DNA from: Vicugna vicugna | Lineage: Eukaryota | Assembly: GCA_013265495.1 (NCBI GenBank) | Contig: MU058531.1 | Span: 3,922,435-3,962,499, forward strand | Direction of reading: 5' to 3' | DNA length: 40,065 nt | Part shown: positions 1 to 11,600 of the stretch, piece by piece | Numbering within the stretch: the first letter of the stretch is position 1 | How the letters are laid out: the number at the start of each line of letters is the position of its first letter | The notes under the pieces: generated by a model | Seen by the model: the letters and a program-made list of their open reading frames with translations, nothing else | Told to the model about the DNA's origin: nothing | Database searches by the model: none | Made by a program: the position numbers and the translations under genes

Positions 1-495
1 AAAAAAATTCTATATTTCCCTGCCTCCCTCTCCCACTCTCAGTGATTTGTATGTCTTCTTTTATAATTTCGTGTTTTCTTTATTTGTAATTCATGAGTTA
101 TCACCTTTCCAGTTGTACGTTTCTCATTTGTGTAGCATCCTGCTGCTTTTCTATTTAAAATAGCCCTTTCAATATTTCTTTTAGCATGGGTTTAGTGTTG
201 CTAAACTCCTGCAGCTTTTTTTTGTCTGTGAAACTCTTTATTTCTCCTTCTATCCTAAAGGATAGCCTTGCTGGATAAAGTATCCTAGGCTGCATCTTTT
301 TTTCATTCAGGGCTTTGAATATATCTTGCCACTCCCTTCTGGCCTGTAGTGTTTGTGTAGAGAAATCAGCTGAGAGCCTTATGGGGGTTCCCTTGTAGTT
401 CACTCTTTGCTTTTCTCTTGCTGCCTTTAGAATCATTTCTTTATCCTTGACTCTGGCCATCTTGATTATGATATGTCTTGCTGTGGGTCTTTTTG
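1..495 (-). mobile_element. Young LINE-1, C-terminal half of ORF1 plus inter-ORF region
   Basis: ORF 155..580(-) encodes an uninterrupted L1 ORF1p C-terminus (ARHIIIKMARVKDKEMILKAAREKQ...YKGTPIRLSADFS...ARREW...YPARLSF). Confidence 0.92.
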
Positions 496-1090
496 GCTTT
501 ATTCTTCTTATAGTTTGTCTTGCTTCTTGGATTTGAAGTAGATTCACATACTTCACCAAATTTTGGAAGTTTTCTACCACTCTTTTTCAAGAATTTATTT
601 TCTCTTCTTTTCTTCTCTCTTTTCTGGGACTCCCATAAAGTAGATGATAGTACACTTGATTAAATTCCATACACCCCTTAGGCTCTGTTCTTTTTCTTCA
701 TTCCTTTTTCTTTTTGATATTCACAGAGGAAATTTCTGTTGTCCTATCTTCAGGTTTGCTGTTTCTTTTTTGGGTTTCCTCAAATCTGCTGTTGATACAT
801 TCTGGTAATTTTTTTTTTTAAATTTCAGGTATTGTACCTTTTAGCTCTAAAATTTCTGTTTGGTTCCTTTTTATAATATCTTTCTTATCATTCCCCATGA
901 TTCTTCCACTTCTTTAATTTTCTTTAGTTCTTGTACAACAATTTGAGCATGTTTAAGACATGTATCTTAAAGTATTTATCAAGTCCAATGCCTGGGCTTC
1001 CTCAGGAATGATTCGTATCAACTTCTTTTTTTAGCTGTTAATGGTCCATACTTACCTGCTTTTTTGTATGTTTTGTAATGTTTTAATCAA
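496..1090 (-). mobile_element. Old, decayed LINE-1 ORF1 5' part (L1M-type), shared with copy B 20790-21894
   Basis: Antisense ENFQNLVK...QEARQT motif and an L1M-like ORF1 start (cctgggcttcctcagg...ccatacttacctgctttt); aligns with the paralogous segment upstream of copy B exon 6. Confidence 0.75.
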
Positions 1091-1101
1091 ATCATTCCTA
1101 G

Positions 1102-1243
1102 GAAAAGCACAATCAAAAGTTGGCATATACATTTGAAAACTTGGCATTCACAATATCTGATTTGTTTGGAGCTGGGACAGAGACAACAAGCACCACTCTG
1201 AGATATGGTCTCCTCCTCCTGCTCAAGCACCCAGAGGCCACAG
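1102..1243 (+). pseudogene. CYP2C: CYP2C copy A exon 6 (I-helix), intact
   Basis: AG at 1100-1101, GT at 1244-1245; canonical 142 bp; [47 protein letters not shown]. Confidence 0.95.
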
Positions 1244-2479
1244 GTATGACCAACATGGTGGACAGAGTGATTTCAAAAGAGATATTGCAAAGAGACTGGG
1301 AGTGCTTCCTACCTTGTTTCTCCTAGAGAAGTATGTGAATCTCTACTTGAGCAGCTTAATTTTTTCAAATTTAATGAAGGAAGACTAATGGGACGTCTTT
1401 ACATAATATGGGAGAATGACTGAGAAGAGTGAATACACTGTGGACAGTAGCAGAATCAACAAAGCAGCATCTGGATTTTGTGGGAAGTTGTTAGTAGCAG
1501 ACACAACCTGCATGACTTGGCCTGAAAGTACATCTTGGTTTTATTATAAAGGTCACTTTGATCTGTCCTCATTCTCAAAATGCAGTGTCCTAACACCAAG
1601 ACAGGGAAAATGAAATCTCTCCTTCTTGAAGCATAAGTGGAAATCCTAGAATTTTAGTGAGGCTTCCTGAGATAATTTGTACAGCATGGTAAGTGCTTTA
1701 AAATTTTAGATTCACAAAAAACTGATGTGTGTATAAAGGAGTTTTATTACTCCAGAAGGTTGCTTCCAGAAAAGTGGTTATTGCCAAAATAAGAATTTTG
1801 AGAGGTCAATAATTTTGTCTTTCACAAAGAACTTTTTGTTATAAAATAACTTTTAAAGAGTTATGGTTATACACAGCTGATTAGAAACATCCATTATCCT
1901 GCCCTGTGTCAGGATCTCACTGCAATGATTATAACCTATGACAAATGAGAATTAGTCTTTTAAAGTTAGAGGGAAGAGGTCAGGAAGCAGCCAACAAATC
2001 TCCAACAAATTTTTGAAACACAGAGAGCATACTGAGGGGTGATAATGAAGTCAGCAGAGAGGATGAAGTTGTGACCTAAATGTCAGAAAAGGAGGTTCCA
2101 CAGTGAGGAAAAGTCACTTGTGTCCTTGCAATCCCCTGTATGGCTCAGCATTTGTAAGTATCAAGTTTCAGATTCAGAGGTGGAGAGAAATAGGCTGATA
2201 AAGGTAGCTCTCCCCAACATGTCCCTTTGACAACCCTTTTCATCAGGTGACTTTTCCCCCAGTAGAATGAGAGAGGTTTACTCTCTAGAGAAACTGAACC
2301 TAAGAGGTCCTACATGCAGGGGCACTGGGCAGAGGTAGGGGAAAGTGTGAGGTACACAGCTGGGGGAAAAAAAAGAAAAGTTAGGTAAGAATCCACTTCT
2401 TGAATGCAGAGACTCTTAGCTCCTTTCTCCATCCTGCTTCCTAAAATTCAGCAGCCAGACAAAAAACTCCAGAGAGTGA

Positions 2480-2720
2480 ACACTATGGAGAAAAGACCTC
2501 CAAATGTACAAATGTACGGCAGAGTGAATGAAACAAAAACATCCACCCCAAGACACAGGGTCATGAAATTTCAAAACACCAGGGTAAAAGAGACAATCAG
2601 AAAATCTTTTAGAGATACACATCAGGTCGTGCATATAGGATTAGGGTTCGGAACAGTATTGGAAATCTCAAGAGCAACTACCAAATTGCATACTAATATA
2701 AACAAGCTATTTTCAGGCAT
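2480..2720 (+). mobile_element. Ancient L1/HAL1 ORF1 remnant
   Basis: STPRHRVMKFQNTRVKETIRKSFR resembles the L1 ORF1p TPRHIIVKF...KEKILKA motif; paralog at about 23900-24090. Confidence 0.55.
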
Positions 2721-3121
2721 GTAAGTCTGACAAAACTTTCCCCCTCTTTTCCTTTTCTTATCCAAATGCCTGAAGTCATGTTAGAGGAAGTCATGGGCTC
2801 CAGGATTAAAAAACTCACGGAGAATCAAATTGTCAGGGCAGCTGCTAGATACCAGGCCTTGAAAATATCCAGTTTGAAATACATTAGGTGCATAAAACAG
2901 GTATGAGGGGAGACACCATGACCAAAAGAGAAGGGATCGATTATCTGTGGCTCCCTAATAATAGAAAAATTATTATTAGGAGTTAGAAATATCTACCTCA
3001 GTATTTGGGAAAATTCTAAATAAAGATGTAGAATTTTGTGAATTGAACTAGAGAGACATGGTTAAGTACAAGAAAGTACCAAAAATGAAGATTAATCACT
3101 GTTGTCTTAACAGGGAGTATT

Positions 3122-3285
3122 ATAGTTCTATATACACAGGATGATATTCAGTACCTTGAATTAGCCTATAATGAAAAAGAGTTTGAAAAAAAGAGTTTGA
3201 AAAGGAATACATATGTGTGTGTGTGTGTAATTTATCCAGTATGCTGTACACCAGAAATTACACAGCAGTGTAATTGAATAAAAAA
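3122..3285 (+). mobile_element. Short L1 3'-end fragment, copy-A specific
   Basis: tattcagtacctt...ataatgaaaaaga...tgctgtacaccagaaatt matches other L1 3' UTR ends in the window; absent at the paralogous site near 24510. Confidence 0.7.
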
Positions 3286-3912
3286 TGAATATTTTAACAA
3301 CAAAAAATTGTGGTCTAAATATGTTGGGGAAATGGACTAAGGGGATTTGTGTATGTGTGTGGGTATATATTTTGTATGAAGTGTGGATGAAGATGTGTAT
3401 TCCAACTCTCATACCAGGAAATCAGGTACTGTTTAAAATCTGTAAGTAAGAAATAGAAACAGAGAGTCATTATTTAGAAATATAGCATAAATTTCATAAG
3501 AAACTGCTAGAATGTTGAAAGTGGTGGCATTTGGCAATTGGAAGAGAGTACCATTGCAAACTGCACACACACAATACACAAATACATGAAAACATATATG
3601 TTATCATTTGACTTTTCAACTCGTATTATTCAGAAAGAAAAGTAGTATTTGATTCCTGTTTTTCTTTCTGCAAGGACTATAATTCCTTGACATTATGTTC
3701 GGTTTATATTTGAAATATTTCATCATTTCTCTTTGTATTATCTTGTATGCTGATACAGAGGTTTGTGTAGATGTATCTGAAGCCTAGCTTGTAGGAGACT
3801 TACATGTATCTGTAGTATGGCAATTATCTCTATATCTAGGTGCACTTCTGGTCACATAACTGATGTTTTTAATGATGTTGGGACACCTTCCTGAGGCTTC
3901 ATGTATTCCTGA

Positions 3913-4254
<342 letters not shown>

Positions 4255-4319
4255 TGAAAAAAAAAAAATCATAGATGTGGTGCCTTGATGGGTTGTATGC
4301 AGTTTCCAGTTTAGTCTAT

Positions 4320-5260
4320 AAAGCTTTATAGCAGGTTTGAGAACTGGCAGTCTAAGTATTCGAAATTTGTTCTGATTCTTTTAGATTATTTAGCTAATCT
4401 TAGCTGTTTATATTTCCAAATGAATGTTAGTACCACTTTGCCAATTTACCAAAACACACTACTGGGATTTTTATCAGGTGACATTGGATCAGTTTAGAAA
4501 GACTTACCGTGACACATTGAATGTTTTAATGAATGAATATGAAATATGCTTCTAATTTTGAAAGGCTTTCTTTAATTTTCCTAATAATGTTTTCTTTATT
4601 TTCAGTGCATTAGCTTCCATATCTTTTGTTTATTTTTCCCTAGGGGTTTATTGTTGTTGTTATAAATATTTTAAAATGCTTTTTCCATTCTTTTAACTGG
4701 AATATGGAAATATAATTGAGTATATCATTTGATGACTTTATATGTAGCAACCTTGCTAATTTAAAATAAAATAATTGCTAAAAATATGTCTCTAGAATAA
4801 TTGCAGTTTCTGCATACATTGTCCTGCTATCTGGGTCAATATATTTTTTTCCCCCTTATTTCATTTCTGGTCCCCAGGAGAGTGGAGATTAACATCTCAC
4901 TATTGAGAATGATGTTCTGTGTACATTTTGTTATTTTTTTTTAATCAGATTGGGGAAGTTTACTTTCATTTTTAATGATTTTTTTTGGTCATGAACATAT
5001 ATAATTTTTTCATATTGATATCTGCATTTACTTGTATGATTGCATATACTGTCCTCACTTTTTCCAATAAATATATGTATTGTAAGTATGTACATACTCA
5101 GCTGGATTTGATTTGTTACATCTTGTTCAGGACCTCTCTGTCCATAGTCATAAGAGAATTTTGGTCTAGAATTTTTTTTCCTCAAATTTTTCTCATTAGA
5201 TTTCTGTTATCTAGGTAGTGCTAGTATCATAAAACTAGGTGGAAAATGTCTTCCCCTCTT
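4320..5260 (-). mobile_element. Highly decayed antisense L1 ORF2 fragments in intron 7
   Basis: Motifs such as ctgggatttttatcagg, tatgtagcaaccttgctaa and gttatctaggtagtgctagtatcataaaa resemble old L1M ORF2; paralog about 25590-26680. Confidence 0.55.
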
Positions 5261-5524
5261 CTTACTTGTGGCCACTTAGTTGCATCTTTGAAATGCCTGA
5301 CTCCTTTTTGTTAAATATCAGTTATTACATATGAAGAAATGTAGAATTTCAGAGGTATGTATCTTCTTCCAGAAAGGGTTCATCCCTCTCCCACTGGGGA
5401 GGTAGAATGATGTAACACCTTCTGTTTTGAGTACAGTTTGGACATTGGCACAGACTAAAATTAACTTTAGATGTCAGCTTGTCTCTCTGAGAACTCATAA
5501 CCATGGAATATTGAGACACATTTT

Positions 5525-5571
5525 TGTCTTAGCAGATTTCTTTTTTTTTTTTTCTGTCTTAGCAGATTTCT
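5525..5571 (-). mobile_element. Poly(T)-only insertion flanked by a 17-bp target-site duplication
   Basis: TGTCTTAGCAGATTTCT at 5525-5541 and 5555-5571 around T12C; single copy at the paralogous site (about 26983-26998). Confidence 0.8.
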
Positions 5572-6202
5572 AATGCTTTCCAACACACAATTTCTCTATA
5601 TATTCAGACTTTATAGTTGGTGTACTGTGAGCTACTCTTACTCACTTGAAGCCAAGACATTACTATTAAAATTGAAAATAATACAACTGATGTTTGTATT
5701 TTGTTGAGGGAAGTAAGTAATGAGATTTTTAAGGCTGCAAGTTAATGCCAGTATTTGGAGAAAACAGTATTGATGACGTTAAGTAAGAGATTATGGGACT
5801 TGTCTCAGTGATCATAGATTTGGTATAAAGGGTTAACACTTCAAGTCCACTATTTTTTGACCAAAGGACACAATGGGAGAAAGATTTTTCTTTTTTAACA
5901 TTGTAGTCTAAGGTAATAATTACTCAAACTTATTTCTCCTCTTATTTCTTCATAAATGGGAAGCAATGTGGTAGAAATCAGAATGGGATTGCCTACCTCT
6001 TATAACCACTGAATCAGGAAATGACCATCATATTGTCCTATTCCCAATGTGTATGATAGAAATGGCCATTTCTTTCTGCATGGATATTCCAGGGTATAAA
6101 TTGGAACACTGGGTAGCTAATTCTATCTTTTTACAAATGGATAAGTGATTTATTTTACCTAAGGCTAAAGCCACAGAGCTAGGTAGAGATAATAGTCTAA
6201 GA

Positions 6203-6520
6203 CAGGAGTTTGTAAACTTTTTCAGTAATGGGCCAGAGTATAAATATTTCAGACTTTGAAGTCTTGGAGTGTATGATTCTAGTACTCATTTATATTCTTA
6301 TAGCATGGAATCTGTCATGTGACATATTTAAATAAATATGAGAATGGCTATATCCCAATCTTTGTGGAAGCTGAAATTTAGATTTCATATAATTTTCATA
6401 TGTCACAAAATGTTGTTCTTCCTTGATTTTTTTCAGTTTAAAATGGTTATTAGCTCATTGTACAAAAACAGGTGGTAGGGTATATTTGCCCGTGTTGTTA
6501 TTTGTCAGTATCTAAAACTG
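6203..6520. mobile_element. MER58-like hAT-Charlie DNA transposon
   Basis: Starts caggagtttgtaaactttttc...gggccagagtataaatatttcagactttg, a typical MER58 terminus; paralog at 27628. Confidence 0.7.
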
Positions 6521-6995
6521 TCTATCTAATAGAACATTTGCAATGCTGTGGGGTTGATTTGTGTGGTTTGGGGTTTTTTTTGTTTGTTTGTTTATATAAA
6601 GAACATTTCCCAGTGCAGGATCCCAAAGATTTACCCTTATCTATTTCTAAAACTTTATGTTCTTAGTGTTTACATTTAAATCATTGATCCATTCGGATCA
6701 TTTTTATTTATGATAGGAAGTAATAGTTTTCTTTTTTCTATATGAACATTTAGTTGTTGGAACAACATTTGATGAAAAGTATATTGTGTTTTGTATGCTT
6801 TCTGTATCTTAAAGATTTTTATCACTTTTATAAAAATATACAAGGAAATAATTAGAAAAATAGAGTAATAGACCTTTTTACATGTTAATGTTAGGGGATG
6901 GAAGTTTTCCCCTAATATTAAAATGTTTTAAAACTTACAAATATTACAAACATGCATATGTAAGTAATATATGAATTTGTTTATATATACACTTT

Positions 6996-7495
6996 TGCAA
7001 CGTGGATGGGAAAAATCAATAAGTAATCTATAAAAATAGGAAAGAGTTTTATTTGAGCCAAACTGAGAATTATAGTCCAGGAGACAGCCTCTCAGATAAC
7101 TCTGAGGAACTGCTCTGGAGAAGCATGGTTTTCAGCACAGTTTCGTATCTTTTCAGAACAAAGAACATCACAAGTCAGGGACACATTCGTTCAAGGTCTC
7201 AAAAAAAAACCAAAACAGATCAGCATGTACACGGTGAGTCAGTATGACCGTGGCACCTGCAAAGGGAGTCATATTGTTGTAGGACTTCCAGCATTGCCAT
7301 CCCAGGAAGGGAGGAATTTAATCTTTATTTTTAACATGGACATTCTTTATTTCTGGTCAGTGAACCCTTTAATGATTAGAGGAGATGTACAGTGTATGTT
7401 TGATAGGCTACAAACAGGCTATTTTACTTAACATAAAATTCAAGTTAAATTTGTGTATAAGCCAGAATGACTTTTCCATAACTCATTATGTGAAA
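6996..7495 (-). mobile_element. Solo LTR, ERV1-like
   Basis: ttttatttgagccaaactgagaattatagtccaggagacagcctctcagataactctgaggaactgctc is a typical antisense ERV1 LTR U5/R segment; paralog 28422-28945. Confidence 0.65.
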
Positions 7496-8198
7496 ACTCC
7501 CATTAGTATCCATTTATTGATCTATCCATCAACACCTCCTTATTTCAGTATGTATATCTCAATGTTTTTGTATGCAGAACAATAAAAACATTTATATTCA
7601 AGAGTTATCATGGATAAAATAATATTATCTAATGTACAGTCTGTATATAAAATTTCCCAATTTTCCTGAAATAACATTTATAGCATTTTTTTTCTTTGCA
7701 AATCAATATCCAGCCCAGGAACAAGCATGTGATTTGGTTACCTTTCCCTTAGTCTCCTGTTATCAGTTCTCTGTTTCCTTTTAGTACATTTAACTTTGTG
7801 AAGAGTTCAGTTTAGTGGTCATATAAAATATTCCTTTCATTTTTTGGATTGTATTCTAGAGATAGATTCCAGTTCTGATTTGCAAGAGAACCTCATGGGT
7901 GCTTTGTATGTCCCACCGAAATTCACTGAGGAGGTGGGGGGCACATAATGTCACTTATCCCATTATTTGTAATACAGTGTTGTTCACATGATAAAGTAAA
8001 ATATGCCAGATTTCTCCCTGACAGAGGTCTTTTTTTTATGTTTCATTAATAAAAGTCAATTGCATGGTACTGTAGGGCTTTGTGAGTATCACGCTTCTCA
8101 GTTACTGACCTAACAGTTTTAGCATTAATAGATAAAACTTGCTTGAAGATCCTAAGCTTAATTGTTGTAAGATGATTTTTCTAATTTTATCATTCTTC

Positions 8199-8430
8199 CG
8201 TTTTCAATCCTTTTCTCATCATGTAGTTTCACCACTGAAATGTATCTGCTATTCTTCATACTCTGTAACATCTGTATTGGTCACCACACATGCTGGTACT
8301 TCTCTAATACTGAGCAGTACTATATACATAGTACTGTGTACTCAATACAAAATAGAACAAGATAAGTAGTTGATGCCAGTGCAAGCCATTTCTCTTGTTT
8401 ATATTCTTAATAAAAATTATAATTTGATGA
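8199..8430 (+). pseudogene. CYP2C: Orphan CYP2C copy A 3'UTR (distal exon 9), fused to intron 7
   Basis: Aligns to copy B 3'UTR 34050-34280, whereas sequence immediately upstream aligns to copy B intron 7 ending near 29641. Confidence 0.9.
8409..8414 (+). terminator. Polyadenylation signal, copy A
   Basis: AATAAA at the position homologous to copy B 34258-34263. Confidence 0.7.
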
Positions 8431-8679
8431 GCCAGTTCTCAGACTTTCCTTCTTTTGTGCATATTGCAGTTAAGAAAAGAAAGAAAAAAATGCAAAGAAG
8501 TCATGCTTATCCTCCAAATGATATGCACAGAGAAGTACAAAGGAAATGAGAATAGAAAAGCTCCCTTGGCTGAATGCCTTCTAGAGTTACTTGAGGTTTG
8601 GATTTGAAAGTGAGAGAAATTGTTTTCAGGAACAGCTTCACCCTGTAGGGAAATACTGAAATCAGTGATGGTGAGAAAT

Positions 8680-11600
8680 TAAATTCAAAGTAAGCCTCAG
8701 AATGTACAAATGAAAATCAGAACTGAAAGCATTGAAATTGTATGCAGGAAATTACTAGAAAAAAAATCAATGAAACCAGAGCATATTCTTTGAAAAGTTC
8801 AATAGAATTGATAAACCCCAACCCAGCCTACCCCCCAAAAAGCAAAAAGACAAATTATGCAAGTTGTAATTAAGAGAGCGGCTATCTGCTATAGACATAA
8901 AAAGGATAATGAAGGACAATTATTCACAACTCTTATGTCCACCAACTTGATAACTTAATGGAAATGGAACAATTCCTTAAGTACATGGTCTTACAAGAAG
9001 CAGTAACATCAATAATATGGCATAATATTAAGCTCTGAACTCTCCTTCCCCCAGTGGGCACACTGATTCAAAGCAACACATGAATCAGTTTCCTAGTAAA
9101 AAAATGTCCAGAGACTAGTTGAAAGCCTTCTGTACTCTTAGTGAATGTGAATCCAGCCACATCAAAGCCAGAAACAAAATCAGAGACACATTCTCAACAT
9201 AACTACCAACTCCAAAGTGCTGTATATTGAGAAGGAACCCCTAGCTCCCAGATTCTGCCTGAGGAGCGAATGAATTGGCATGTTCCTCTGGCATTCCAAA
9301 CGTTTACAGCTTTTGGGGGAGTTGCATGAGGAGCTGGCTTCTGTCTTACATATTTTGGAACATTGACAGGACTCAGCATACTCGAGACACTTGGGGATAG
9401 CTAGAACAAAAAGAGCAGGCTGGATAGCATGCAAGTTTGAGAGATCTTCAGAATCTTTGGATGAGCTGATTGGTGGGTTTCTTCTGTAAGAGACTAGTGA
9501 GTGAAGACTATGAGAAGTGACTGTCATTTGTGCAGACAGTAATGCAGAGTGTCAAGGAAAATGAAGAAACAAGAGATATATGATTTAACTGAAAGACAAG
9601 TCAAAATAACAGTCATAAAGATCATCATTGGGGTCAGATGAACAATTAAAAATGATGCAGGAATTTCAACAAAAACACATACAATTTAAATGTCCCAAAC
9701 AGAAATAGAGCTAAAGAATACAACAATTGAATTGAAAAGTCATAGAGTGTTCACAACAGACTAGATCAATAAGAAAGGATCAGTGAACTAAAACATAGGT
9801 CATTGGAAATTAGTCAGGGAATGAAAAAGGAAGAAGAGAAAAAGAAAGGAAATTGAAGGGACATGAAGGGGACCAATATATGCAATATAGGAATACTAAA
9901 GGGAAGAGAGAAAGAGAAGAGACTAGAAAGCTTATTCAAATAACAGTGGTAGAATGCTTCCTAAATCTGGGGAAGGAAGTGGACATTAAAATCCTCATGT
10001 ATAAAGAACTTCAAATAGAAAAGAGAAAAAAATACACACTGAGATACACCATAAACAAGTTGTCAAAATTCAGTGACATCAAGAGAATTTTGAAAGCAGC
10101 AAGGGAAAGAAATTTGTCACATACAATGGAACCCCCTCAATACTATCATATTTTTAGCAGAAACTTTGCAGAAAAGACAAGAATGAGAAAATATACTCAA
10201 AGTTCTGAATGAAAAAACCACCAACCTAGAATGTACTCATCAAAACCTTCTTTCAAAAATGGAGAGGTAAAATGTCTACAAAAAAAACAAAACAAAGTAT
10301 TCCTCATCACTTGAACTGCCTCACGGGAAATTCTAAAGGGAGCTCTTCAACCTGAAGTGAAAGCACAAGAAACAACAACACCATAGTATAAGAAGGAACA
10401 AAACAATTTTGCAGAGGAAAACATATAGAAAAATACAGAATACTATACTGCTGTGATGGTGGTACAAAAATGACATTTCTAGTATAAAGGTAAACAACAG
10501 AGTATTAAAATTAAGGATAAGTAAAAATATGTAAATTGTGACATTCATAACATAAACTTTAGGGGATTAAAAGTGTAGAGATTTGTATATGATTAAAATT
10601 AAGTTGTTACCAGCTTAAAACAGACTGTTATAAGATATTTTACATAAGCCCTATAGTATATAGTAACCACAAAAACCCTGTAGATGTTACATAAAAGAAA
10701 AAAATAAAGGAATCAAAGTAGCCAAAAAAGAAGAAAAAACAAGACAATAGGATAGGAAAACAGGAACAAAAACTCTAAGACAAACAAAAAACAATGAACA
10801 AAATGACAACAGTAAGTCAGTTGCTAGCAATAGTTACTTTAAATGTGAATGGATTAAACTCGCCAAAGGCTTAGAATCGCTGAATGGATTTACAAAATAA
10901 GATCCACTATGTGCTCTCTAAAGGAGACTCACTTGAGATTTAATGACACACATAGGCTGAAAGTATATGAATGGAAAAAGTTACGCCAAGCAAATGGTAG
11001 CCACAAGAGAGGGATCACTATACTTAGACAAAATAGACTTTTAAGTCATTAATAATTACAAGGGACAGGAAGAATATGATACAGTCATAAAAGGATCAAT
11101 CCACCATGAATAGATAACAATTATATATATATATGTACCAAATGCCAGAGCACAAAATATATAAAATAAACATTGACAAAATGGTCAATTAATCTTCAAC
11201 ACAGGAGTCAATAATATACAATGGAGAAGAGACAGCCTCTTGAGCAAGTGGTGCTGGGAAAGGTGGACAGCCACATGTAAATCAGCGAACTTAGAACACT
11301 CCCAAACACCACAGAAAAAAATAACCTCAAAGTGCTTTAGACTTAAACATAAGACAAGACACTATAAAACTCTTAGAAGAAAACATAGGCGAAACATTCT
11401 CTGACATAAATCTCAGCAGTGTTCTCCTAGGGCACTCTACACAGGCAATAGAAATAAAAGCAAAAATAAACAGGGAGCCTCATTAAATCTACAAGTTATT
11501 ACACAACAAAGAAAACTAGAAACAAAACAAAAAGACAACCTATGCGTCGGGAGAAAATATTTGCAAAGGATATGACTAACTAGGGCTTAATTTCCAAATT

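Noticed and set aside
1416..1613. 65-aa ORF identical to 22213..22410, suggesting a conserved microprotein
   Set aside because: Identity is at the nucleotide level, includes all synonymous sites and extends beyond the ORF. It reflects a conversion or assembly patch in intron 6, not coding selection.
8139..8369. ORF sharing ~50 similar residues with 33963..34214
   Set aside because: Both are chance frames in the paralogous CYP2C 3'UTR with different starts; no independent coding evidence.
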